DNA from: the human T2T-CHM13v2.0 reference genome, Homo sapiens
DNA length: 64,000 bases
Direction: 5' to 3' (one strand)
NCBI RefSeq assembly: GCF_009914755.1
Contig: NC_060926.1
This document shows positions 41,480 to 55,575 of the stretch, one piece after another (position 1 is the first letter of the stretch; each line of letters starts with the position of its first letter). The position numbers and the translations under genes are program-made. The notes beneath the pieces were generated by a model, which was given only the letters and a program-made list of their open reading frames with translations, did not search any database and was not told the DNA's origin.

Positions 41480-42330
41480 CTTGATACAGGCTTTGCTATG
41501 GCAGGATGTAGGAATAGTTGATTACTAACTTTTCTTAATAAGTATTACGATGGTTCTGTACAGGATTTTTATTTCATTTCTAATTATGGACTATTTAAGA
41601 TAAATACTCAACAGCTAGCCATAAATATTTGATTATGTCATATTTAATTAACATTTTGGTTTCTGATTTACTCAGTATAGAGTCTATATTAAGATCCTAA
41701 TTACCCAAATGGAATGCTTTAGGTTAATGTGTGAAATATCAAAGTTTAGATGTTTTATTGAAGGAAAAAAATAAGCTTCAGGAGATCTCGCCAAGTTTCT
41801 AACAAAGTGAACAAAGAGATCAGTCAGTCTCAGAAGTACTGGCAGCAGGTTCTCTCAAGCTTCTCATTTCCAAAAATTGATATATAAAAATCTTGAATGA
41901 AGAACTAAGGCATTAAAACACAGGCCAAAAAATTAAAACCATGAAATAGCGAGAAAGTTCTTCAAGCAGTTAAAGCTAAAGTTGTAATTTCTGAGGAAAT
42001 GAAATCTAATCAAAACCCTGGTCTCATATTGCTTACATTTACAACGGGAAATTAACACAAGAAAAAAGAGAGCTGCAAGGCAAATTTTCCAAGTCAATTG
42101 TAAAAAGCATTGAACGAAGTTCCAAAGTTTACCCTTAGCTTCTTCAAAGATGGTTTCTGAAGTTCTCTCACTTTGAGAAAGATGCTTTTCCACTTTTGAA
42201 TTTTTTGAAGTAATAATAAAATTAGAATTACAAAGTAATATTAGAACCTTGTATACTCTTATTCTGTAGCAAATTAAATTCAACCTTATTCTACTCATTG
42301 CTGTGTCATTTCATTTACTTGATTTTGCAC
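41480..42330 (+). pseudogene. Degraded hAT-Charlie-type transposase fossil
   Basis: Fragmentary motifs in Charlie order: VLRWFCTG (~41542), GDLAKFLT (41781), NHEIARKFF (~41937), ERCFST (42177-42194), LEPC (42241-42252). Many stops and frameshifts. Confidence 0.55.
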
Positions 42331-42835
42331 ACTTTCAAAAACGTTTTTTGTAGAATATATTGTTCTATCATTTATAATTGATTAAATGAGCTTCCTGTGG
42401 TTACTACTCTAAAACCTAAGCATCTGACCCTTGAGCAAAGCCATAAACTTGAGAAAACATGCCAAATTTATTAAAGATCACTTCACATGCTACTTTGCTT
42501 TTCTGTGATTGCTGTCTGCTGTGACCAGTACAAAAACTCAATTTTACGTTCAATTTTTTTGATAAAGAACTTTTTATTTCTTGTAACTTAAATACCAAGA
42601 CAAAAAGAAATATTTGGATTTTAGCATCTTTGCCTTAAGAATCTTAATTCATTTTATCAACACCAGCCGTAATATACTGTATTAAAGATTTACTGTAGGA
42701 GAAAACGTAAAAGGATTATCTTTAGTGTTAGAGCCAATCTGATAGTGGAAAGAAAATCATTGACTACCACTGGTCTTGGGTACAGTTCTTAGGCTCTTTG
42801 AATGCCCATTTCCTCTTCTGCTAAAATGGGAATTT

Positions 42836-42985
42836 TTACTACAAGGCTATAGTAACCAAAACAGCATGGTGCTGGCATTAAAAATAGAAACATAAATCAA
42901 TGGAACAGAAGATCCAGAAATAAGGCCACATACCTACAATCAACTGATCTTTGGCAAAGTTAACAAAAAAATACACTGGATATAC
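42836..42985 (+). mobile_element. L1 ORF2 internal fragment (L1M)
   Basis: Encodes YYKAIVTKTAWCWH, followed by the QWNR and YNQLIFGK homologous segments. Confidence 0.85.
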
Positions 42986-43302
42986 TGTATCAAAACTTCA
43001 GGAAACAAGATCTTAAAGGCAGGCAGAGGCAAGGCAGGGCATAGACAAAAAAAGAACAAAAATATTTACAGCAGATTTCTCACTGCTGTAAGTAGCAGTG
43101 GAAGTCAGAAACAGTGGGATAATGTTTTAAAACTCTATAAAAGAACAACTATCAATTTAGGATTATGTTTTTCAAGAAGGAGGGCCAAATAAAGACTTCT
43201 TCCCCCAACAAATGAATACTGAATGGTATTTTTAAAGTTTCTTGAATATTTTTGGAGAAAGATTAAAATATGGTTTAAATTTAAACCTAGTAATGTATGA
43301 AA

Positions 43303-43362
43303 GATAATTGCAAGGATAAATATTAAATTAATGGATAATTGCAAGGATAAATATTAAATTAA
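43303..43362. repeat. 31-bp period tandem duplication (29 bp identical)
   Basis: gataattgcaaggataaatattaaattaa at 43303 and 43334. Confidence 0.95.
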
Positions 43363-45004
43363 ATTAACTTCCCTACTAGTATAGGGCAAAGATGGAATAA
43401 GAAAAACAAAAGAATGGAGAGCAAAGGAAGCATAATAAGGTGTGGCTCATAGAAAGCCCCAAATCTGATGGTAGAAATAAACAAAATATGTCCTTTGTTA
43501 CAGTGTAGGTAAATAAACTACTAGTTTAAATGAAAATTTGTCATATGGGATCAAAATGTTATATAATCCAGCTATAAACTATTTCCGAGGTACAGCTAAA
43601 GCATAAGGACCCAGAACGATAGAGAGTAAATAGGGTTTTTGCTCCCAAAGTTTTCACATACTATTCATGATAAAACCTTTAAACAACAAAAAAGTTACCT
43701 TAAAACTCCTTTGAACCTCTAAAAGTCATATCCAAAAGATCCTCATTACACTGTATAGTAAATTGTGACACAATATAAGTATTCTCAAAAAACTCAAAAT
43801 CAGAAAACAGATAAAATATCTACTCTTGCTGCCTAAATCCAACATTATACTAGATGTCCCAGTAAATGGATAAAGATAGGAATAAGTATATAAACAAAGA
43901 AGAAACAAAACTGACATTATAGTCTATGTAGAAAACTTAAATAAATTTACAAAGTTATGAATTAGTAATATTTAGAAAGATGGCTAGGTCAATTTTCAAA
44001 ATCAATCACATTTGCAAAACAAGTAAAAATTAGAAAATTAAATTTTAAAAAGATATCTACAAAAGCATCAACAAATGTACCTATAAATAAATGTAATAGA
44101 AGATGTGCAAGGTCTTTGTAGATACACACACAAGCATATGCACACATAGAGAAAGAGAGAGACAAAGCAATTACATATAGATACATCAATTCTTTCTAAA
44201 TTTATTTATAAATTTAATGCATTTCAAAATTTCAATCAATAGTTGTTTTTTTTTTTCCTGGTACCTTTTAAGCTAATTCTAAAATGTATTTGGAAGACCA
44301 GATGGATTAAGAGTAGCTAAAGCACTTCAAGTAAGAAGATAAAAGTAGAGATATTTCTTTACCAGATGTTAAGTATCTTAAGAATGATTATATTCTTAAT
44401 GATTATTGGCTCAAAGATAAACATATTAACTAACAGAATGTTGATATAAGGCAGAAGCAGCATGCAGATCAACAGGTAAAACTGAGTTTTTAATAGATAA
44501 TGCTAAGACCATGGATTACCTATGCTGAAAAGAAATACAATTGGCCCTCTAACACAAAAATACACAAAAAATATTTTGCAGACAGATTAGACACATAGTG
44601 AGGCAAAAGTTGAAAATTTTAAGACTTTTTAGGGAACAATCATAGAAAGAATATCTTGGAGTAGGGAAACACTTTTTTTAAAAATAAGACACAAAAGAAT
44701 AAACATCATAGGAAAATAATTAGTGAATAATATTACATGAAAAGGAAGCCCATCTATTTATTTATTTATGAACCCTATAAGAGGAAAAGGAGAAAAATTT
44801 TGCAATGTTTATAAGTGAAAAACTTCTACAAATTAATAAAAGATCTAAAGCAACTCAATAAAAAAATAGATAAAAGCCTTCAAAAAGCACTTCAGACAAA
44901 AACATGTAAATGGCTAAAAACATGAACAGATGCTTAAACTTAGTAATCAAGAAAATGCAGACTAAAACTACAATGAAATATTCCTCATTGGAATTGGCAA
45001 AAAT

Positions 45005-45240
45005 AAAATAATACTATATACTTGAAATTTGCTAAGAGAGTAGATCTCAATGTTCTCACCACACACACACACAAGGTAATGATGTGAGGTGATGGAGATG
45101 TGAACTGGCTGGTTGTAATCATTTTACAATGCATACATATATTAAAACATCATATTGTACACCCTACATGTATATATTTTTTATTTGTCCATCATAACTA
45201 AATAAAGCTGGAAATTAAAAAAAAGAGAGAAAAAAGAAAA
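45005..45240 (+). mobile_element. L1MA (MA8-10-like) 3' end nested in the L1ME
   Basis: ttgaaatttgctaagagagtagatct...tgtgaggtgatgga...aataaagctgga plus A-tail. Confidence 0.8.
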
Positions 45241-45376
45241 ATAAAATTTCATTATTAAGACTTGGGAGAATGTGGAGCAACAGGAACTTCACCACTAATG
45301 ATGGAAATGAAAATTGATACGATGACTTTTAGAAGTTTGGTATTATCTATTTTTTTTTAGGTCTTGCTTTCACTAA

Positions 45377-46465
<1,089 letters not shown>

Positions 46466-46470
<5 letters not shown>

Positions 46471-46630
46471 AATAATAAAATTATTATATAATAAATAATA
46501 ATAAAATAATAATAATAAATAATAATAAATAATAAAATAATAATAATAAAATAATAATAAAGTATAATAATAATAAAATTTAAAAAAGAAATAAACAGAA
46601 TGAAATAACAATTTAAAATAGAAAAATAGT
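46466..46630. repeat. (AAT)n / A-rich L1 tail
   Basis: Directly visible. Confidence 0.9.
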
Positions 46631-47308
46631 TCTTATAGCAAAATAAAAGTATGATCATGTAAACATTTCTGAGAATAAATTGCTACTGAATAGAGTTTTG
46701 AAAAGGCAGAAAATGTAGATTTTCCTTGTACAGAAATTGTTAAATCTGTAAAGGTGTCATTTTTGTAAACACAACAGAGTTTTACATTGTGAAATAGAGG
46801 TCTTACTGTTGGACTACTTTCTCTGATGTACAGACACCAAAGCTCAAGTTTCATTTGGCTAGCCCCGAGCTCAGGCTTCTTTATGCAGTCTTGATTTAGG
46901 ACTGTGGCAGAGAGTACTGTCAATCTTTCATAGGCTTACGTGGCATCAAGATCTGCTTGATCATCTGTTGTTCAGGGTCGGGGAAATTCTCAGAAGCACT
47001 TCCCTCAGCTTATTGGTTTCTTCATCTGCTCTTGGTGTTGACACAGTAGGCTCTACTTTATGTTAAGAAGGTTCTGTAGGAATGTGAAGTGGAGTTTCTG
47101 GGGAAGCCATGACCTGGAGGAGCTCCCTGAGTCTTTGTGAGAAGATGGAGGCTGGTGCAAAAGCCTGAGCTGAACAATTCCTCACTTGGCTGGGCACTGA
47201 GAAATGGCTGCACATTTCTAGGGAAGACCTCCTTCCAAAGAAATTCTTCTCAACTAGACCTTGGCATTATCTTTTAATATCAAGAAAAGATACAGAAAAT
47301 ATGCCAAG

Positions 47309-47830
47309 TTTGATGGTTAATTTTATGTGTCAGCTTGGCTTGACCTCAGAGTGCCCAGACACTTGGTCAAACATTATTCTGAGTGTTTTCATTTGGTTAT
47401 TTGTGGATTAGATTAACATTTAAATTGGTGGACTTTGAGCAAAGCAGATTGCCCTCCATGATGTCGTGGGGCCTCATCCAATCAGTCAAAGACTTGAATA
47501 GAACAAAAAGGCCAGTCTCTGCCAAGCAAGAAATCATTCTTGAGTGGACTGCCTTTAAAGTTTATCTACAATGTCGGCTCTTTCTCGTTCTATTGCTGAC
47601 TGCCTTTGGACTTGAACAAGAACATTGGCTTTCCTGGGTCTCTAGCCATCCAGCCTTCAGTCTAGAACTGCTGTGTTAGCCTTTCTGGGTCTCCAGTCTG
47701 TTGGCTTACCCTTCAAACTTCGGATTTGCCAGCCTCCATAATCACATGAGCCAATTCCTTATAGTACATTTCTTTCCACATATGCATATATTCTATTGGC
47801 TTGTTTCTCTGGAGAATGCTGATTAATAAA
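47309..47830 (+). mobile_element. MLT2 (B/C-like) solo LTR
   Basis: tgatggttaattttatgtgtcagcttg...ctggagaatgctgattaata. 5-bp TSD ccaag/ccaac. Confidence 0.88.
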
Positions 47831-47844
47831 CCAACCTTACTATG

Positions 47845-48530
47845 AATCAGGGAAATGCAAGCAACATTACAATTCTATAACTATCAATTTCACAAAAATT
47901 AAAACATCTGATAATGAAGAGCAATGGGAACTCATAGAATGCTGGTGAGAATATAAATTGGTAAAACTGCTTTTGAAAATCAGTTAGCATTGTTTTGTGA
48001 AAATTAAAGTTTACATGATTATTGACATAGAACTTCATCCTTCCAGTCTACACCCAAGAAAAATTTGTGCCCAAGCACTTCCAGATACATATGTAATAAT
48101 GTTCATAACAAGATTATTCACAACACCTAAAAACTGAAAACATGACAAATGTTCATCATTAGAATTAAAAATAACTTGTAGTATATTTAAACTGTAGAAT
48201 ACTATACAGCAATAAAATGAATGAATCATGGCTACTTGTACCAGTCTAGCTATGTTTCAAAAAACAATCATTGAAAAAATCAAGGTAGAGATTCACTTTA
48301 TATGGAGTTCAAAAATGTGAAGAACTTACCAACACATTGTTTAGGGAGAATGGTAAACCACAGTGGAAAGCATGACACCTGAGATCAAAACTCAATAAAT
48401 GAGGAGGAGAGATACGGGAAAAACAGGACAGCTACAAGATATTTACATTGAGATTTTCCTAAATTTGGTAGTGTGTACACTGTGTGTGTGTATATGTATA
48501 TTTTTTGAGATGTATTTTATGATTAAAAAT
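47845..48530 (+). mobile_element. L1ME-type 3' fragment
   Basis: atcagggaaatgcaa...gggaactcatagaatgctggtgagaatataaattggta...gaatactatacagcaataaaa. Confidence 0.75.
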
Positions 48531-48713
48531 TTAAGGTGATGAGATTATTTTCACAGTGATTCTTGGGATTTGGCAAATGTGATTTGGCAATGTGAAGAGT
48601 AATTCACAAAGGATAAAGAATCCTCACTATTTCCATCAGAATATTGCGTTATATAACCTGCATAAATCTTCCTGGCCCTCCAACTTGTCGATCACTCTGT
48701 ATAGTCACTTTTA

Positions 48714-49019
48714 TTTATTTTTATTTATTTATTTATTCAAGACAGGGTCTTGCTCTATTGCCCAGATTGGAGTGCAGTGGCATGATCTAGGTTCACTGCA
48801 ACCTCTGCCTCCAGGTTCAAGTGATTCTCGTGCCTCAGCCTCCTGAGTAGCCGGGATTACAGGCATGCACCACTGCTCCCGCCTAATTTTTGTATTTTTA
48901 GTAGAGACTGGGTTTTGCCACGTTGGCCAGGTTGGTCTGGAACTCCTGACCTCAAGTTATCTGCCCACCTCAGCCTCCCGAAGTGCTGGAATTATAGGCA
49001 TGAGCCACCGTACCTGGCC
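48714..49019 (-). mobile_element. AluS (Sz-like), full length
   Basis: (TTTA)n tail, both arms. TSD tatagtcactttta at 48700-48713 and 49022-49035. Confidence 0.95.
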
Positions 49020-51159
49020 TATATAGTCACTTTTAAGGAATAAATTCCAGTAGCCAAAAGCTATTGAAAATGAATTCAGTGTTTTACTTGGAGCTCTCAA
49101 TACATATATACATAAATGAAATCCAGATTGTAACTAAGAGGAAAAGTTCCCTTTTCTTGCCTCGTCTTTCATCACATAACCCTTGACAGTTAACTGGCTT
49201 ACTGAGCCTCCTTCCCACAAAGTCCCCCTAACAGAGCCTGCATTAATGTTCTTTCTGTCCTTTCTCTGTCTCTGTGTTTCTTTCTCTCTTTCTCGTCCCT
49301 TTATTGAGGAACATACTAGCCACATAAAATGTATTTTGAATTTCTTCTCTTTATTTCACCTATTTGCTGGTTTAATTTGTATAACATTGAAATTTTCTCT
49401 TCCTTGTTGGAAAAGTCTTCTCCAAAACCTAGGCCTACTGCCTTCTGGAGGTTGGTTTCTGACTATTAATCCAATGTCCTTGTTTCTGGTTTCTTGGGGT
49501 TTTGATTTCTTGTTGAGTCAATTTCATTATTTAGTTTTTAAATTCTTTTTATTTAATTTAAGATTTATAAAGCCCCAGACTGTAGTTTTTCATTGTGATC
49601 TCATTATTTCAAAATTGACTTGTGTCTGAGTTTTGATCTATTTTTTTATTCTAAACCTTGTTGTGTTTTCTTCCCTTGTGCAGTGTTACTGGAGGTTTGC
49701 CTATGTTATACTTTTTTTAAAAAGTGGTTTTAGAAAATAAATGATATTTTGGTTTGTTGTCTATTTTATTGATTTTTGCTACAGTGTTTATCTCCTTCCT
49801 TCTACTTTTAAAAAAATTACTACTTCTTTTCCAGGTTTCTTAATTCAAATGTTTAGGTAAATAATTTTTCAAAACTTGGAAAAAATCTGCCGTGAAAGAA
49901 AAAAGCTCTAAGTTCTGTTTTAAGTTTAAAAATTGTCAAAGGCACTTTTATTTAATCCAAGCCACAAATTACCCTGAATTGTGGCAGGTGCTAAGAAAAA
50001 TATTAGCCAATATTTCAAAATGTTAGAACTTGTACTGAGTTTTTAGTGAGTTAAAAACAAAAAATTCAGTCTAAGATGGGAAAAGAGGAAAGAAATTCTG
50101 TGTTTTTCCTCTCTCAGTTCAGTTATAACTGAAGTGATAACAATAGGTATTATTTATGAATAATCACGTTTTATGACTTGCCACAATTATTCAAATATGC
50201 TTCAGAAACTTGACATTTACTCAAACTTAGTAGTTTTTATTTACTTTGGATAAAGACAGGTTCTACAGTAAAGCAATTTGATGACAAAGGAATTTTTATT
50301 TTTTTCATGTCAAATGGTTACGAAGGGGAACTATGAGATTTAGCAAGAAAGGTAGGAAAATCTAATAGAGGAATCTATTTCATTTTATAAACACTGGGGT
50401 ATAATCAGATTAAATACTATGTGGGAATTTGGCCTTAGTTGGTTAGCTAGCCACAAAGCTGTTTATTTAAATCACCAGGATGCAAATTCAGCTTCCCTTA
50501 CCTATCAGTGTAAGGCACTTTGTAGCATATCATCCGAATGAACAAAGTACTTTGTTTTTATGTCATTGTCTTCATTCCTTCTACACCAGATATCCTTTAC
50601 TAACCTCTACAAACAGGTTTCTAGTTTTGCTCATGATATGAAAAAGAAATTTAGGAAACCTGAATTTCAGGCATATTGCTTGCTAGTGGATTTAAGATGT
50701 GAGCTTTGCCACAATCTCTTTGACAAATGACCCCTTGGTTGCAGGATGTACCTGTTTTCATTCGGAGGCAATGAATGCCAGTGATAGAGTGGCTGCGTGA
50801 AAACGTAAGGCTGGTGAGCAATGGAGAGTTAATGGTATTGTAAGAGGTTAAGCCCACCGGCCACACTGATGTTTCTGCCAGTAGCGCCCTTGGCATGGAT
50901 ACCCTGGGTGACAAGCCTGCAGAAGAGAGGAACAGAGAATTCAAAAGCACCTGAACAGGGCAGAAGGGAAATGGTAGATGCCATATCACAACTAAGATTA
51001 CTTATTCATGAGCAATGCCTGAGGATTCTGTCAAATCATTGACAGGAATAGACAGTCCTTTTATTTTTTAGATGATTGTGGCATAGGAAAACACAAGAAA
51101 CATATTTTGAGGGTTGGAATGCCTAGATTAGGAGGAGGAAAAGATGGCTTAAGCAAAAG

Positions 51160-51318
51160 TAGTAGTAATAATAATATTTTTTTTTGTTATTATAGTGTTA
51201 TAATACTATTATATAGTAGATATTATACTGTATATATGATAATATAATATCATAGTACTATACTATAATAATACTTCTGTATTATTATTCATACTATATA
51301 ATACTATACTATATAATT
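51160..51318. repeat. AT-rich low-complexity (TAT/TAC) tract
   Basis: Directly visible. Confidence 0.85.
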
Positions 51319-51427
51319 TTAGAAGGCGCAGGCAGCGGGGTGAACATGACTCAGGGTGAAGAGGGCTCCTGATCTCCAGAGAGGCTGCTGGCATCAGGAG
51401 AAAGGATAAGTGGGGATAAAAAGAAAG

Positions 51428-51660
51428 AAACTATCTGAGCACCTGGCATGAATGCAGCACTGCGATAGGTGCTTTACATACATTGACTTATGGGTATTTT
51501 TAACAGTCTTACGAGATGGGCTTTGTTATCCACATTTCATGGAACAAAACGTTGCGTCTCAGAGAGGTCAATTGACCTGCCTGGAGTAATACAGCCAGTA
51601 AGAAATAAAGGCAGAATTTAAGCCTGTGTAACTCCAAACCCCAGTGCTTTCTCTGTACCC
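51428..51660 (-). mobile_element. MIR
   Basis: tgagcacctggc...gtgctttacatacatt...ctcagagaggtcaattgacctgcc. Confidence 0.75.
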
Positions 51661-52214
51661 GAGTGTCCCCCGAAGCCCCACTTGGACCAGACTCCGGTGG
51701 CTCCTGCCAGACCAGCTCCTGACCCCTTCTTAGTAAGGGGGTAAATATCTTGGGAAAGAGGGGAAGAAGGGAGAGGGCTAGATTTCATCAGGTGACTGAG
51801 GAGGAGAAGTAAATCATCAATGAGGCATAAGTAGCACCTGGGGTCCCCAAGTCAGCTCTCATTTACTGCTCCCCTTTTAAGGCTCAGTCTTGTCATCAAC
51901 TGAGAGGGCTAAAAGGTGGACACAGTGGACACTAATCAGAAAGCAGAGAATCTCTGAATGTTGCCTGGAGAATACTTCTAAAGCCAGTTTGATTAAAAAG
52001 ACTTAAAAGTCACAATTTGAAGACATTGAGATTAAGATCAAAAGAATTTTTGTCATTGCCAGAAGCACTTACCAGTGTCCTGTTGCTGTCTCTACTGTTA
52101 TAAAACTAAGGTGATCACTGCGTATGGCTGGAGTTTATACAACAACTGCAAAGAAAGACATGGAAGAAATATAAATATTTGTAAATTTTTCCACGGTAGG
52201 TCGTTTGGCCTATT

Positions 52215-52325
52215 GTCCAGTATAGATTCAGTGTTTATCATATTGCCTAGAGACAAACACCATGCCTAGTGCCTCAGACAGTACCTGGAACTTGGTAGGA
52301 ACTTAAATATTTGCAGATTGAATGT
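52215..52325 (+). mobile_element. L2 3' end
   Basis: cctagtgcctcagacagtacctggaac...aaatatttgcagattgaatg. Confidence 0.6.
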
Positions 52326-53039
52326 GTTGGGAAAAATTTGCATTTACCTGATCTTATATTCTCTCGTTTGCTGCCTGTGAAATTCCACTTAGCCTTCTAT
52401 GTTCCAAATGATTTTGTAAGACCTCAAATTGAAATCATTCATCTTTTATTTTGCTGATTAAAATTCATCGTTTCTTTAAAAAGTCTCAATAACAAGAACA
52501 GAAAGATGAAAAGTTGTGAAATAAGAATACAAGAGCTGTCATTGGATGGCTGCCTTTGGAAACCGAAGTCCGTAGACAGATTGTTTTGACTTCCTAACGT
52601 TCAAATGTTTTCAAGGGCTGCTTTTATTATGTTTAAGAATTTCCATCAGCAATGTCAGTGATTTACAAAAAGTACACCCCCTCTAACACTTGTCACCAAC
52701 CAGTTCTGCTGGCAAATTGAACTTGCTGAGCCTTTTGTCCTTTCAGTCACTGAGGATGGAAAGTTGCCTCCTTCAAAGGTTGTCATTAATGAGCAGATCT
52801 TCCCAAGCACTCCTCCTTGTTGGCACTGTGCAAGGCACAGAGGGGTACAAAGATTTTTTTAAAACCCTCAGTATGGCATGACCTAGGATGGAGAGTTTCT
52901 CATTTCCATGTTTCTTTCCTAAACCATTCAATCAACTTTAGATTCATTTAACATTTCAATGGAGAATGATAGCAAAGGTCAGTGATGAAGCTATTTTCCT
53001 ATCCAATTCAATAAGTGTCATGAAGATTTGTAACACGCT

Positions 53040-53420
53040 GAACTCAACTTCCTCCCCTCTGGGAGGGTGAAGAATTTTCAATCAAAGGACAGGCCGGGGG
53101 GTTTTCCCAATGGGACACCGTGTCTCCGGGCCCAGTTCTGTCATGTAGATTGATCTACACAGGGCTCCTTGACTGAGTGTAACCCGTCCTTCTTCTGGGA
53201 AGGGGCCCTTTATCAGTGCACGCTAGGGGCACATTTTGGACCATTCCTGTGCCTTCAATGGCCAAGCAACAAAAGTCTCGCCCTTCTCACAGTTGAAATC
53301 TTTGTTTACTTGGCGGCAGGATTCTGATCGAGTGAGTGTACAGGAGAACCTGGGGGAGAGTAGCCACTGTGTATGAGCTAGATTTTGCTTCGTTCTCAAT
53401 TCTTGAAAAGGTCAGATTCC
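53040..53420. promoter_or_regulatory. Candidate enhancer (motif-dense, CpG-retaining, repeat-free)
   Basis: TCF/LEF ATCAAAG 53081, NF-kB GGGGTTTTCC 53098, GAS TTCTGGGAA 53193, GATA TTATCA 53210, FOX TGTTTAC 53303. Confidence 0.4.
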
Positions 53421-54081
53421 TTTTTCGAACACATGTTTCCAAGCTCTGATTGTATTAATCAATGCGTTTTTCAACATCTCTGAATAGGATGGGCTTAGAG
53501 CAACAGTCTGAAAGGAAGAGCGAGAGGACTTGTCTTGAAGGTGTAGACAATGTAATTTTAAAGGGTTTTATTTGTAGATGGTTATTTGAGTGTTTATTTA
53601 GGATGACGTTGGAAAGAGATTACAGTGAAGGGGCTAAAGTTCCACTCCCCATCTCACCCTGCTCTGAATGGTGGCCACGACTTATGTAACACAGAACAAA
53701 AAGCAGTCAATGCAAGGCCAGTTTCAGAAAAGAAAGGAGAATTCTGATTTTAAGGTTGTCTTTTGTACTATTTCAAGACCTCAGTCCTCTCATCCCCCAC
53801 TTTCCTCCCTGACATTACCTGCAGATGGGGATTCCCTGGACTTCTGTCATCGAAGCTGCATCCATAACCACCCTGATTCCTTTTCATTTGTGACCATTGA
53901 TGTTGTGCTATTGACCTTCACACACACGACGTCCCCTCCGAGTCCTGGATGCCATCTCCTGCAGCCTCTCTGACACCTCTGTTTATTTCTCCTTTACCTG
54001 TAGCCCATGGTTGGCAATGTGGTCTATGAATATGTTTCCGGTGATTTGTCAACACCTTTAAATTATGTGGCAAAACTTCTT

Positions 54082-54240
<159 letters not shown>

Positions 54241-55384
54241 CATTATATGGCAAAACTTTTTTCTATACATTTTTATTTTAATTAGTTTTAACTTAACTAA
54301 AAATAATTTTGTATACAGGGATAGCTGCACCTAGTTAAACAAAATAATCAAATAGTGCTAATAGGCTTATAATGAATAAATTAGCAGCTCCTTGCTTCAC
54401 TTCTTCTCAACCCGTGAGTTCCAATCTCAAGAAGAAACATTTGTAACCTTTCAGCAAATTGTTTTTATTTTCTTCCAAATTTATAATAAAGTGCTTAAAT
54501 TTTCTATTTCATGATTTTTCAACTTTAGACATTATTTATTGGATTCCTGTTATGTTCGCTGAAGATTTAGCTCCATTTAAGTCACCCATACCCAGTTTAC
54601 TTTCCTTCATTTTGTTACTATAGTTCTACTATGTTTTAGGGTTCATACTTAAAAGTAATATTGCAAGTCATACGATGTGCTCATCTCTAACTTGGTATTG
54701 ATTTCAAAAGATAATTGAAACATTTGCCCTCCCACTACCAGAACTTCTGTCATGCTGCATCAACTTTTTCTCCAACTTAATGATTGTGAAGTTGTATTGC
54801 AGAGTGGTTTTAATTCTCTTTTCTCTCACTAATGGCGACGTTTGCCATTTATATTTTTCTCTTTTTTTGTTTGCTGATTTATAGTCTTTGCCTTCTCTTC
54901 TATTGTGATGTCCATATTTTTTTATATTGTTTGGTGTGATAGTTCCTTTTTCATAGCACTTTGTTTTGACTTTATGAATGAAATGTCTTCTGTTATCACT
55001 CTAAGAAGATGAATTATATTTCTGAAGTTTTCTTCAACTTAAGATGTTAGCTTTGCTTTTTCTGGGCTTTATCTTTCACATTTGTGTATTTCCTTAAAAA
55101 ATCAGTGATCTTTGGTTATCTGTGTATATTTAAGTGTCAGAGTTACAAACCTGACTTGCAGTTCTGTGCACTTGGGCAGAGCTAACTGGTTATAGGATTA
55201 TTCCTCAATTTGCCATTTATAAGGGACTTTTATCTGGGAGAGTTCAGGTTTTCCTGAGAAGAGTCCTCAGTTTTCTGCTTTGGCTATTCTGGCCTGTACT
55301 GGGAAGAGGGTTGATATTCTGAATATTCTGGGATGAGAGAAGAATGGTCCACTCTATGTGTAGAATTACCCTTAGTTTTTAAGT

Positions 55385-55575
55385 GTACAGGGTCTGGAGT
55401 TTGACAGCCTAGATTTGCTAACCTATCACCATCATTTGTGAGGCCATGGGAAAGTTATTAATAATTAATCATTACTAATAATTAACACCATGTGCCTCAG
55501 TTGCCTCATCTGTAAAATGGGAATAAAAACAGCATGACCCAGAAGGTTGTTATGAGGATCAAGAGACATTCAAGG
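55385..55575 (+). mobile_element. MIR
   Basis: tgtgcctcagttgcctcatctgtaaaatgggaataa...ggttgttatgaggat. Confidence 0.8.

Larger units (their letters stand above)
42990..45350 (+). mobile_element. Highly degraded old L1 (L1ME-like), multiple fragments
   Basis: A-rich strand with ORF2 remnants such as gtctatgtagaaaac, tagtaatcaagaaaatgcagactaaaactacaatg and gagaatgtggagcaacaggaact. Confidence 0.7.

Noticed and set aside
49183-49629. 148-aa hydrophobic ORF resembling a membrane protein
   Set aside because: The F/L richness comes from T/C-rich low-complexity and antisense old-L1 sequence; the start is TTG.
50870-50900. CTCF-like GGGCGCTA on the minus strand; similar weak matches near 38565 and 55972
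   Set aside because: Spacing or core positions do not fit CCASYAGRKGGCRS.
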